Assembly: GCA_016906335.1 (NCBI GenBank)
Contig: JADEYG010000009.1
Coordinates: 124,001-188,000, forward strand
DNA from: Novakomyces olei
Lineage: Eukaryota
DNA: 64,000 nt
Direction of reading: 5' to 3'
Below are positions 1 through 11,169 of the stretch, one piece after another. The first letter of the stretch is position 1; every line of letters begins with the position of its first letter. A program made the translations under genes and the position numbers. Below the pieces are notes generated by a model. That model was given only the letters and a program-made list of their open reading frames with translations, searched no databases and had not been told where the DNA came from.

Positions 1-1446
1 GTTCGTTCAAGCTGCCTTGGAAGACAAGTAGCTTCGGATTGCGTAGATTAAGCGACTGAAAAACTCCCGGTTCTCGGGTCAGCGTGGCTGACAATACCAG
101 TTTGCACAGTGGATTACACGCTCTTTTATCACTGACAAAATCTGTAGAGATCCGGCCACAGTACTCGTCACCGCTGCCGCTTCCAATCTGCCAGGGAGCA
201 TTGAGCTGGCCACTTGCTTTTGTATCTGGTTGAGCCAAATGGATGTTCAGAACAGGCAACCAGTCTTGGAACTCTTGGTTCATTAGCCGATCGGCCTCGT
301 CGAGCACGATAAACTCTAAATGCTGCAAAGTGAACCCAGGAGTCAGTTTTATATGGTCGACAAGTCGGCCTGGAGTGGCCACTAGGATATCAACAAGGCT
401 CTCTGTCGTGTACGGATGGTTTCGGATTAATAGAGTCTGTTCTGCGGCAAACGATTTGGTACCGTTGGCAACAGCCACCTGAGAATTAGCTTGGAGCAAA
501 TGATTAATAATTGATTAATCAATTATTTATTTATTTAACTAATTGTCATACCTTTAAGCCTGAGCCAGCTCCAATTTGCTCTAGTACCGTGCGTACTTGG
601 GCACAAAGCTCACGTGTCGGTAAAATAATAAGAGCTCGTAAACGGCAAACTTTTCGTTGCATTAATTGCTATTCCAATGAGCGAAAAGTCATATTTAATA
701 AGCTTGCTTACATTAACAATGGGAATAGAGTAGGCTAGAGTCTTGCCAGACCCCGTGGGCGCATTCACACACAGATCGTGGGCACACCGAGCATAAAACG
801 GGAATAAGCGCAGTCGTCGGCACTGTTCAAGCAAGAAAGAAATCAGCCCATATTGCACGGAAAACATGTCTGAAACTTTAATACGGGTCGCCAAATTGCG
901 TTTAATCCTGGAATCCAAGCCATTTACAGAGGCAAACTGTACCAACTTTGCCGATGAAGAAACGATAGGGTTCAGCAGCCAGTCTGGCAAGGCTTCTTGC
1001 AGTAAGCGTTGCCGAGACTGAGCGTGAGCAAATTGCCGCTGCTCACTACTATACAAATTACTCTCTGTCTGTTCCATAACAGTTCCGCTTTGTTCGGAAC
1101 CGATGGGACTGTTTGCATCGTCCTCTGCCACGTCCTGATGACTTGCAACGTTATTGCTTGATGTCTTTTCCCCACTGGCTCGACTGGCCGTTTCCAAGTC
1201 ATTTTGGCTCTTAAGTTTCTGCTCCAAACTGTCCTCCACGTCACTTGAGCCCTCGTTTACAGGAGTCGGCTCTCGATCTGAACCTGCGCCATTGACTCTA
1301 TCGACTTTGCGACGCTTTCGCGATAGTTTTGCATTAAGACGAGCTAACCGGTCTGCCGAATTGTCATTAAGCTCATTAGCGGTTTTAATATCTTGTGCCT
1401 CCGCCAGTGAGGTTGCGTCTGAAGGAATAAACCGTCGTGAAAACAT
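1..1446 (-). CDS. DBP6: DEAD-box RNA helicase Dbp6/DDX51 (5' part; runs off the window start). Exons 1446-712, 668-552, 478-<1
   Basis: N-terminus MFSRRFIP, LPDWLLNP, Q-motif FSVQ and APTGSGKT. Two GT-AG introns restore LPTREL, ATPGRL, DEADR and SAT. Confidence 0.88.
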
Positions 1447-2462
1447 AACCCTTCACTATTGCCGATCAACGGCTGTCAGTATCAAACACACTCTGCATCG
1501 ATCGCTGCCAATATTGATTTAAATAAATATTATTATTTTGAATATTAGAACACCTTTTCATAATTTACTATGCCAAGGAAATACGTGCACTATATAAATT
1601 TGACTGCTGTATACTGTGAAATCGTATCAAGTTTACGAGCAACGATCGCTACCGTTATTATACTTTTCTAACGCATTTATTACGGGGAAAACATATAATC
1701 CGGGAAAAGACGTCTAAAAAGCAAACAAAATTTGTCAGTCACGTGCGTCCTTTTCTGCCTCTAATTGCAAGGGACCAGTTTGTTGGTACTGCTGAAGGAT
1801 TGGTGGAACAGCGTGAACTTTTGGACTTTGGCAATATGGAACAGACTCGTTAAATAGCAGCCCGACCGGTCAAGAAGCGAAACTATACTCAGCGACTACA
1901 AGGCAACAACCGGTAAATGGCCTGTAACAACATTTTGCCGTAACATGCTACAGACTGCAACTTTGCGTGCAACTAAATGGACGATAACAGTTTACGTTTT
2001 TGCAAGCAATGAATTGGAAAGTCTAATAAACACAATTAAAAAGATGTAGAAGAATATTAAAATAAGGGTGTTCAGAAAGATTGAAGTAGAAAAACCGAAT
2101 CATCATATCAACAAATTAAGCACGCAACACCAAACTCATTGACACGTGACACTGCAGTGTTGCGTTTCTTGCGCTAGTGATGGTATGTTATTTAAATTGC
2201 AAAAGAGCCAAATTATATACGGCCACGACAGGTTGATTCGAGTGACAAAAGCAGTATCGGCAATGACAAACATTACATTAAACTCCTTCAAATTATTTTC
2301 GATGATGTCGATGATGATGGTTTTTTGATTATCCCCTCCAACGTCCATATAGTCTTTTCCAATCGTTGCTGAGCTTATTCCAACAAAATATCATTCATTA
2401 CTGGCATTGACACAAAGAAAAAACACTGCTAGGCTCTGGACCGTAAAAACAATGCGTCAAGT

Positions 2463-3334
2463 TTAACCGACCGCTTTCTGGGCGGCACTGCGCTCTCGCC
2501 TGCGGGAAATGAACCTGCTAAGCTGTAATGGCGTTAGCATTCAATGCTTTATAATGCATCGCTTTCAACATACGTATAGTCCAGTCACAAGACAAATGAT
2601 TAAAAAGAGGATGACGAACACAAGAATAACACCATATTCTCGGCTAGCCCAGTTTCTATAAACAAGTCAGCAATATTCTTGTCAAAACTTCAGATTGTCC
2701 AGTTCCTGAAAAGTGCAACGGTTATTATGATAATTGGCCGACAAACAGTTTCATCTGGCGTGTTGCATTACATATATAATGGTATATGTAATCCATTTAT
2801 AAAGTGCGGTGAAAATAATAATTTTCAATATTGCACATAAAGTATATAAACAAACAAGAATTAATATAAGAGCCGGAAAAAAGCGGCTAGTATGTAAAAC
2901 ATTTTAATAGGACAATCAATGCTAGATCTCACGCGAGGTCCGCTACGACAAAGTGCTCAATCGAATTTCACTTTAGAGGATAATTCAGAGTGCAAAAGAT
3001 ATCAACAAGATGAGTTGGATTTAATCCGCTCAATTCCGGGCACTTTTGAAGAGTTTATTAGTTCAAAGAGTGGCAAACATTGGAATACCACCCTCGTAAA
3101 AATAATCTGTTCTTCAGACACAGTTGAACCCGCTCTTTCCAATGCGTTATAGATGCTTCAGATTGTAGCAAGGCCAATGCGGACAAGAAACCACCGGAAC
3201 CGAGGGAGACAAAGTAAGGCGCAAAAACATCATTTACAACCCAAGAAAAAAGCAGGAACGGACAATCCGGAAAGAACATGAAAGAGCAGTAGGACTTACC
3301 GCTTAACAAGCTCGTGCGTAGGAAGTGCGGCCAT
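2463..3334 (-). CDS. 58-aa single-TM microprotein. Exons 3334-3300, 2655-2574, 2522-2463: MAALPTHELVKRNWASREYGVILVFVILFLIICLVTGLYLSRFISRRRERSAAQKAVG
   Basis: Donors GTAAGT/GTATGT, branch sites GCTGAC/GCTAAC and TAG/CAG acceptors, all phase-compatible. ACAATGG start context and a TATATAAA ~120 nt upstream. One hydrophobic helix followed by a basic tail. Not in the ORF track. Confidence 0.82.
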
Positions 3335-6266
3335 TGTGGAATTTGTGTTGGAACAGGCGGCAGGAGATGCTTTTTCAAACAACGGCAGGCAGCTCTGCAG
3401 ATATATGTATATATATATATAATCGAAGGAAGAGAAGCGGCGGCGGCGAAACAATTTATATATAAATCCAAAAACAGTGAATCGTACTGGTAAATATTGA
3501 GTATGAAACCGGCGTCATCGGTGTATACTTGTTACTTGACAACAAAACAATATATATTTGATTGCCATATTATTCAATCGTATCTTTTGTTATGGTTACC
3601 GCGTTGCTTGGTAGGATTTGCCATTGTTTCCATATGCAGAAATGTCAACAGCCAATACCAGATGTCCCGGCCGTATAGGGTTCAACAGTTACTTATCAGC
3701 CAATCGGATCACGCGCGCATACTGAACTGGCGTTGGATGTAGGAGTCTGTTGAATATATGGTGGATGCGTTCAAAGGGGACTGTGAGTTTTTGGCGTACA
3801 AGAAGATAGTGCATGCATTTTGTGCCCTAAATTGTCTACTATAAAATCTTGTTGGCCTTGTTTGCATGTCGTGAATTGTTACTATCGCTGTATGATATGT
3901 TTACAACAATGTTTTTTTATTCTGTCACTATGATTATTATTGACATGGTCGATAAATCTCGATTGTGTATACCTAATTCTCTTACATTTTGTTCCTGCCT
4001 GAGTGTTTACACTTCATATTTATTAGCTAGTGTATAATGTGCCTATTTGAATAGTAAGCATAATGTGCCTTATTATTTATATGGAATCCAATATTTTTTG
4101 TCCCATTGCTTACAAGAACCGTTGCCACTGCCGTCGCCCTGGCAACCAGTATATTAGCCGTCGATTATGTATACCCGTTTCAGGTACCGACCGACTATGT
4201 GCCCGCTAGGGCAGGGTTCCACCGGTAGCTGCCGGGCCGCCGGCCCTTACACGGAGATAATTATCCTTGTGATGGCGATCTCTTTATGGCTTGTAAGCTC
4301 TTTTTCAGTGCTGTAGATTTATGAGGTTGCAATACCCGCGTGCGTGACTGGACTTCTCGGGGATTTTATTTTGAGCGTTGCATACTGAACGTCGGCTTGT
4401 CTATGAGTTAGGTGGACATTGATTACTCTCTAAATGCAATAAAATATTTCTTACCTTGATTAGAGCAATAGGAAGTTGGTTATATTGTGCTATTTATGTC
4501 TGCTACTGCGCTCCAATGATTCTCCTACATATGCAGACTCTTTTAATACTCTGTCGATGCTATTTCTCACAGCTGCCGAATATTCCTACTGTACGATGTT
4601 TAATGCTTTCTCGTTTAGTCTGCAAAATTTTATATGTCCATTACACATTATTGTGACGGCCATCGATCAATAGGTCCAATCGCTTCACCTGATATTGAAG
4701 CTGTCTATCTCTAAATTGAATGATTCGTAGAGGCAAACAGAAGGAAATTATGATAAATGCTTGGTGAATTCGGCCCATCGTACGAACAGCTTGTCCCGAG
4801 CATTGTCCGAATTCCTTTCATTCTGTATACAATGCGCGGACTGTTCTGGTCAATATTTTCTATCCTTACTATCTTGTGCATGGAGACACATTGCAGCGTT
4901 GTACTTTCGGACTTTATATGGTGTTCAACAGCTCCCAAATAGTAGAGTGCGCCATCAGTGACAATAGATTATTATATAATTTTGTCGCTACTGGAAAGGG
5001 TACTTTGCTTGTACGGACAAATGGTTTGCTTGTACGGACAAATGGTTGTCTTGTATATTTGGTGTATTTCAGGGACTGTAACTCCAACCGTGATAGATTG
5101 CTATTTGAAATACGTAGAGCAGTATTAGTAGCCTCCAAGACTGCCTCCGTCTGGATATCCCAGTCACGTATTTGACATCACATGATTCCCGTCCTATCTA
5201 AAGAGCAGCTGTTTCTAAGCTTTCTTGTCCGAAGTTTGTGTTTAGACCCTTCTACCTATGTACTTTTTGAAAAAGACCTGGACGAGTCGTCTGACAGATC
5301 GGTCTACTCACCGTTTACTAAGTTTTATGCTTAATATTATTACAATGGGTAGTTCTCGAGCAATTACGTTTACCCGTTCGGACTTAAAGGTCTTATTGGA
5401 AATGAACGAGGACAAGTTTGAGATGCAAGTACGCCAAATTCAAACAAATGTTAGACTCAATCCATATGGGAGCACCTGATTAGCAGATTACAATGGGCAA
5501 AAAATGGCTTAAGCGCAGTATAACAACAGAAAATAAATGAGAATATTTTGTAGTTAGATAAGAAAAGCTTATGGTGACAAAAAAATAAAAATAAAATTTA
5601 AAAAAGAGAACTGAAGTCACCACAGTTATCGCGCAGGCAATTCGAGGTGCTTTGGCGTTTCGTTGCCGACACTTTATATTAAACATCGGTCCGACAAAAT
5701 GCATCGTCTGGCAAATCAAATGTTGTGTTTGCTACGCAAATACTGGCCTGTGATTGGCCATAATGGAGTGTTTTAAATATGGTTTCGTCCACTGCGCGAT
5801 GACATTACCTGCGGTCGAGGCCAACAAAAACAGCAAAGTGACGGCCATTACGGACCATGATTTGTACAAACGAGCCTCATCGTCTATCGTCTACTGCGTT
5901 TTGTCATCAAGCGACATTAAATGTTGACTTTGCGACGCATTGATGCAGCGAATGCAGGCCAATGATCGGTCAAACTGGCACTGAAATCTAGTTTATCGTA
6001 GTTTTCAAATTAAATGTATGAAAAAGCTGAAATGCTGGCCTTCATAGACGCATGCTCTTCGCTATTATGCGAGATTACGTGTTTTCTCGCTTAAGTATGT
6101 GTATTCGAATAATCGGTGCTCTTATCGGGCCGGCGTCGGTGTTTCAGTTGCGCCGATGGAGATAATCTATCTATCTAATCGCAGAGAAGTTAATTTGTAA
6201 TAAATAAGTGGGGACTATATATAAAAAGTGATAGAGAGCCATTTGTCGCATTCGTTTCTACGAAAA

Positions 6267-7658
6267 ATGGCCGTTATAAAGGCCGACAGTACTACTAATG
6301 GCGACGAGCACACGTCATCGTTGCACCAACCGTCTTCTCAGACCGCAGATGCAGAGAAGAATCTTGCGCTGGAGCTACCAGCCAAGCACCGCTTTTTCGA
6401 TCCTGAAATGAGGCACGAGAGACTATGGTGCCTCAAAACCTTGCTCATACTCTACTGCGTGATGGGTTTTTTTATTCTGGGCCTGCTGTCGATCTACTGG
6501 GCCTCCTATTTCCACAAGGAGGACAGAGTTCACAACTTGAAGGTCTCTGTATACGACTGGGACGCGCCCAGCTCAGCTCAGGTTATGCCTCTCATTGGCA
6601 GGACGCTCGTGGACTCTCTACCCCCAAACTCTGTTGATTGGGTGTTTGAGCATGACGTCATTGATCTGGACGAGGTAAAGTACCGTATCAGACACGATCA
6701 AGAGGCCTGGGCCGCTTTGGTCGTCCAGCCTAACGCCACGCAGAGTCTATTCGATGCTATGACATCTGCCCAGTCGGATTTTGTACCAGACAACTTGATT
6801 CAAGTCATCTACGAGTCTGAGCGCGATCTCACTACGTTTGGCACTACGGTGGAACCAGAGTTACTTAAAGCGCAGGCTATTTTTCAGAATGCAGCCGCCC
6901 ATGCGGTCTATGGGCCTTTGGTGAATGCACTTTCTTCTACCCAGAGAGCCAATCTCGTTTTAAATGCGACAAATGTGATGACAAGTCCATTAGCATTTAC
7001 AATGATTAACCTGTCAACCTACCACCCCGCCATCCTCATCGCTCCTCTGCAGGTCGGATTGATTTACCTTATAATCATCTCTTTTTTGCAGTTAAATCTG
7101 TTTGCTGGTATCAATCAGCGAATGGGGCCTCAACTGACGCCTCTCAATGCCCTCGTCTTCCGCACCGTGGTCTCCTTTGCTTCATATTTTTTCACCTCGC
7201 TGTTCATCTGTCTCGTGTCTCTGGCTTTTCAAGTGAAAATGGATCTTGCCTACGGCAGGGCTGGATTTTTGGTTTATTGGATGATCACATACTTGGCAAT
7301 GCTCGCGGTAGGCTTGGCAAACGAGAATGTTGCTTGCTTCATCATACCTATTTTTCCTCCTGCAATTGCTTTTTGGCTCCTCTTTTGGGTTATCGTTAAT
7401 ATCTCACCGGCGTTCTCAGCAATTGCACTATCGCCTGGCTTTTTCAAATACGGCTATGCATTTCCCATTTACAACGCTGTGATGGCTTTGCGCACCGTTG
7501 TCAGTCAAACGTCAAGGCAGCACCTGGGAAGATATATAGGGATTTTATGTGCTTGGATTGTTGTTGATCTTTTGTTGATGCCAGTGTCTGTTCTTTTTCT
7601 TGTAAAGCAAATGCAAAGGAAAGCAAAGATGGCTGCTAATGCGGGCCCGCCGCGCTAA
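6267..7658 (+). CDS. SNG1: SNG1-family (DUF3533-like) multi-pass membrane protein
   Basis: Intronless ORF with N-terminal TM LLSIYWAS, a lumenal loop, ~6 C-terminal TMs with YGRAGFLVYWM, NENV, FWVIVNIS and FFKYGYAFP. TATA at ~6217. Confidence 0.8.
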   Translation: MAVIKADSTTNGDEHTSSLHQPSSQTADAEKNLALELPAKHRFFDPEMRHERLWCLKTLLILYCVMGFFILGLLSIYWASYFHKEDRVHNLKVSVYDWDAPSSAQVMPLIGRTLVDSLPPNSVDWVFEHDVIDLDEVKYRIRHDQEAWAALVVQPNATQSLFDAMTSAQSDFVPDNLIQVIYESERDLTTFGTTVEPELLKAQAIFQNAAAHAVYGPLVNALSSTQRANLVLNATNVMTSPLAFTMINLSTYHPAILIAPLQVGLIYLIIISFLQLNLFAGINQRMGPQLTPLNALVFRTVVSFASYFFTSLFICLVSLAFQVKMDLAYGRAGFLVYWMITYLAMLAVGLANENVACFIIPIFPPAIAFWLLFWVIVNISPAFSAIALSPGFFKYGYAFPIYNAVMALRTVVSQTSRQHLGRYIGILCAWIVVDLLLMPVSVLFLVKQMQRKAKMAANAGPPR

Positions 7659-8924
7659 TAGCATGATCGTTCAAATTACTGGCGTACAGTGACTTGGACA
7701 GCTCTACGACAATGCCTGACTTGTTGGCGTATTGAACTCGCAAAATCACAAAAAGTTAGGTTAAAAAGGTTGCCTGTACGAAATTCACAAATAGCTTTGT
7801 GGTCATCACAACACTCAAACACCATGCGACGTTGCTCAGTACGCATGAAGAGTACATATCCAGTTAAAGGGCCCAAAGGGTCTACACTAGGCCATGCAGT
7901 CCGGCCGGCCGGATCACCTACAGACGCGAACATGCTTTCGAGCGTTTTCCCTGTAACTCGAGGCCGCCGTGAAGCGCCGTGAGGATCCAAAGAAACAAAT
8001 GCCGGAAATGGCAAGGGGAGAAACAAGCGGCATGCTATCGCGAAGAACGTCAAATTCTTCGCCCTTGGAACTTTGACCGATCAAGAGGCCGAGTCTTCAA
8101 GCCCAACAGCCTGATATTGAGAAGAATCTGGTAACATTGACCTGAATCAATATTTACCAGCGCAGGGGAGGCCTTGAAATAGAAGAGATAGGTAATCGCT
8201 CACTGTTGGTGACAAGAAGAATTCTGTCTCCTTTCCTCTCCCGGACAATGCTAATTTTAATAATCCATCATGAACTTTGCCACACTATTAGAAAATTCTG
8301 CCTTCTCTTCGTAGTATGGACAGACTGTCCACTCGATAGAATCGCTAAAGCGGCGATAGCAGCACAGAAGCGTGCTAAACGGCAGTGATAGAATATGTAC
8401 AGAATATGTATAGATTATGTATAAACGAGGTCTTTATGCGAACAAACACTTGACCTCGAGAGCCACACTGAGCTATACTCCATCGTTTAAGGAAAGGGCA
8501 GGAGGTAAAGTGCATTTTCCATAGGCGCGACTCAAATCGGCCAGACGCTGTAGCCGCGGATCCGTGCCATTATGCACTGGTCGTAGTGCCATTGCAGCAA
8601 AATTTCGCTGGGCGGCGATATGACGTCAGATACGGGACTGTTAAAGTCGACAGTTTGGCCATGGCGTTGGGGCAGTTTGTCCTTTGAACGTGCCTCAGAT
8701 TTTTAATGCCGCAGATCGAACGTTGACGATACAGTCAGCCGCAGCGTATATGCGCAGGCCTGCCTGGCTGGCACCAGGATCTTTGGCCAACAAGCGTTGC
8801 TCTAGTCTGATTTAACGTAATATTGCACATATTATGAAATAAATCATTTTTAAAAAAATAAATGAGTAAAAAAAAATTAAAATAAAAAAATATAAATATA
8901 AATAAAAAAATAAAATCATTTTTT

Positions 8925-8983
8925 AAAATAAATAAATAAATAAATAAATCATTAATTAACTAATAAATAAATTAATAAATTAA

Positions 8984-9022
<39 letters not shown>
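8925..9022. repeat. (AAAT)n microsatellite within the AT-rich PUS3 promoter block
   Basis: Directly visible aaat repeats. Confidence 0.9.
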
Positions 9023-9024
<2 letters not shown>

Positions 9025-9110
9025 ATTAAATAAAACCATTTTTAAAAATTTATTAATTAAAAAAAAAAGCTGAAGGCAGCATCAAAAAAGTTCCCCCACA
9101 AGTGTCGCGC

Positions 9111-10841
9111 ATGCAATGCGCGGTACTTTGGCGTTTCGTACCCCGACAATTTGTATTAAACACCGGTACGAAAATCAATTTGGCTAAATCTATGCGCGGA
9201 ATCAAGAGAATGTGTGCAAACGACGAGCCATCCGTTCTCCAAATGCCGCAAGACTATACCTTTTGGTCGCGCAAGCAGCTCATTGCACGCATTCGCGAGT
9301 TGGAAGCGGCGACTGGCGGAGACAAGCAAGATCAAAGTGGTCTCGACGTTAATGAGCAGAGTATACAGAGTCTGACAACTCTGCCTATGGCAAATAATGT
9401 GAATGGGACGGAACAAGGCAGTGTTGATAGCAGACAAAATACAGACAATGTAAAGACGGCTGTGGCACACGCTTCTCGTGATTGGGAAAAATCAGCTGGC
9501 ACTGTGAAAAGCACAGAAAATACGGAAAATGTTGCAGCCTCAGGAGCAGGAGAAAATACGGAAAAAACTGCCACTGCCTTACAAAGTAACGCTCACACCA
9601 ACGGCCAACATGCTCGGCAACGGAAGAAACGCGAGTTCAATTTTGATGATTATCCAACCGTGAGAATTGCTATTAAATTTGCTTATTTCGGTTGGCCGTA
9701 CAATGGACTGGCCTTCCAAACGGAACGGTCGCAAATGGTTTCAGTGGAGGAAAAGCTGGCGGAGACTCTGGTGAGATTACGTCTAATCCGCAGTTGGGAC
9801 GACTGTGAGTTTTCCCGCTGTGGTCGAACTGACCGTGGAGTCTCGTCGATGGGCCAAGTCTGTTCTTTACGCGTTCGAGCTGCCCGGCCGAATGCAGACG
9901 GGTCGCCTGGTCCAGAGATTGCTTATGCTAATATGCTTAATAGAGCCCTGCCGCCCGATATTCGTGTGCTTGCTTACGCTACTGATTTACCGCCTGATTT
10001 TGATGCAAGGTTCTCATGCACTGGGCGGCATTACAAGTATTTCTTCACACGAAAACAACCCATGTATACTATTGATATTGATCGAATGCAAGGGGCATTA
10101 GACCGGCTGGTGGGGACACATGATTTTCGTAATTTTGCAAAGCTCGACGGCTCAAAACAAATAACAAATTTTCATAGACATATCCGTGCTGCCAGTATCG
10201 AACCAGTACCGGGGTTTGTAATGTACGAGGCTGGAGGGAAAGGAACAGGAGAAAAAGATAAACAAGAAGAGAAAGAAGGGAAAAGGGGCATTGTGGAACA
10301 AGATCAACCCATGGTTTGGTGTGTAAACTTGCATGGGTCTGCCTTTTTATGGCACCAAGTCCGAAACATAATGCGAATCTTATTGCTTATAGGCCAAGGA
10401 CTGGAGCAAGTCAGTCTTGTTGACGCAATGCTAGATCCTCCACCAAAATTGGGTCGGCCTGACTATGAAATGGCACATGAACTGCCGCTCGTGTTATGGG
10501 ACACGGAGTTTGAAGGTATAGAATGGCGGTTACCACGGCAACCAGAGTACGCGTTGACCCACGTACGCAGTCTTTGGGAACACACATTTTCCCTGTGGCA
10601 CGATCACTTGATGCGGTTCGTTATGGCGTCGCTTTTAGAGGAGCGTGCACGTAGCCTGGTACAGGGCTTTTGTGGGGAATCTATGCTGCGCAATGCTCAA
10701 CGCAAGGACCGCGTTGCCACGGCAACGGGGAGTGGGCGTGCTCTAGGGTTAGCAAAGTATGTGCCCGTGCTTGACCGCAAACGTGGAGAACCCGTTGAAG
10801 TATTAAACGCGCGATACTTGCTGAAGCGCAAGGGTGAATGA
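9111..10841 (+). CDS. DEG1: tRNA pseudouridine 38/39 synthase (TruA family)
   Basis: KFAYFGWPYNG, catalytic CGRTDRGVS, FDARFSC, GTHDFRNF, FLWHQVR, PLVLWD. Start codon uncertain (9111/9192/9210/9243). Confidence 0.92.
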   Translation: MQCAVLWRFVPRQFVLNTGTKINLAKSMRGIKRMCANDEPSVLQMPQDYTFWSRKQLIARIRELEAATGGDKQDQSGLDVNEQSIQSLTTLPMANNVNGTEQGSVDSRQNTDNVKTAVAHASRDWEKSAGTVKSTENTENVAASGAGENTEKTATALQSNAHTNGQHARQRKKREFNFDDYPTVRIAIKFAYFGWPYNGLAFQTERSQMVSVEEKLAETLVRLRLIRSWDDCEFSRCGRTDRGVSSMGQVCSLRVRAARPNADGSPGPEIAYANMLNRALPPDIRVLAYATDLPPDFDARFSCTGRHYKYFFTRKQPMYTIDIDRMQGALDRLVGTHDFRNFAKLDGSKQITNFHRHIRAASIEPVPGFVMYEAGGKGTGEKDKQEEKEGKRGIVEQDQPMVWCVNLHGSAFLWHQVRNIMRILLLIGQGLEQVSLVDAMLDPPPKLGRPDYEMAHELPLVLWDTEFEGIEWRLPRQPEYALTHVRSLWEHTFSLWHDHLMRFVMASLLEERARSLVQGFCGESMLRNAQRKDRVATATGSGRALGLAKYVPVLDRKRGEPVEVLNARYLLKRKGE

Positions 10842-11169
10842 TTAATGATTGTGATAGAGCATAATGTATTTGTAGGTATTGGTACATTCATTATTTTTGA
10901 CCTCATGCTCTATGCTTTTGGGTTTTAAACCCTTTTTGCTGCAAAGTCAAACGCGTAAAGGCCTGCTTTGCGCGTAGCAATACAGGAATTCGACTCGTCT
11001 AAATTGTTAAATTCAGGAAGGGTCACGTGCGACCCATCACATCATACAGCGTTAGGAAGAGGTTGATAATTTAAGCAAAATCAAAAGAGAAAAGAAAAAG
11101 AAAAAAATTCAACAAACAAAAATCTCCAGGAACAAAACTTATCATACACCGGAGAAATGCAAAGCAAGT

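Noticed and set aside
2310-2374. ATGATGA...CTGA possible C/D snoRNA
   Set aside because: Box C lies in a GAT microsatellite; no terminal stem or recognisable rRNA guide.
2520-2540. GCTGTAATGGC, resembling the 5' Alu motif of fungal SRP RNA
   Set aside because: No helix-6 or helix-8 motifs follow, and it is explained as the acceptor/branch region of the minus-strand microprotein intron.
3497-5719. Many 60-100-aa ORFs in the gap before SNG1
   Set aside because: Overlapping, motif-less, mostly non-ATG starts; no consistent splice model found.
11022-11030. GTCACGTG (CDEI-like; also at ~1738 and ~50650) as a point centromere
   Set aside because: No CDEII/CDEIII arrangement; more likely bHLH sites or chance.
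10935-11045. Two hairpins with ACAGGA and ACA, H/ACA-like
   Set aside because: Pocket geometry and the 14-16-nt spacing to the boxes are not met; likely 3'-UTR structure.
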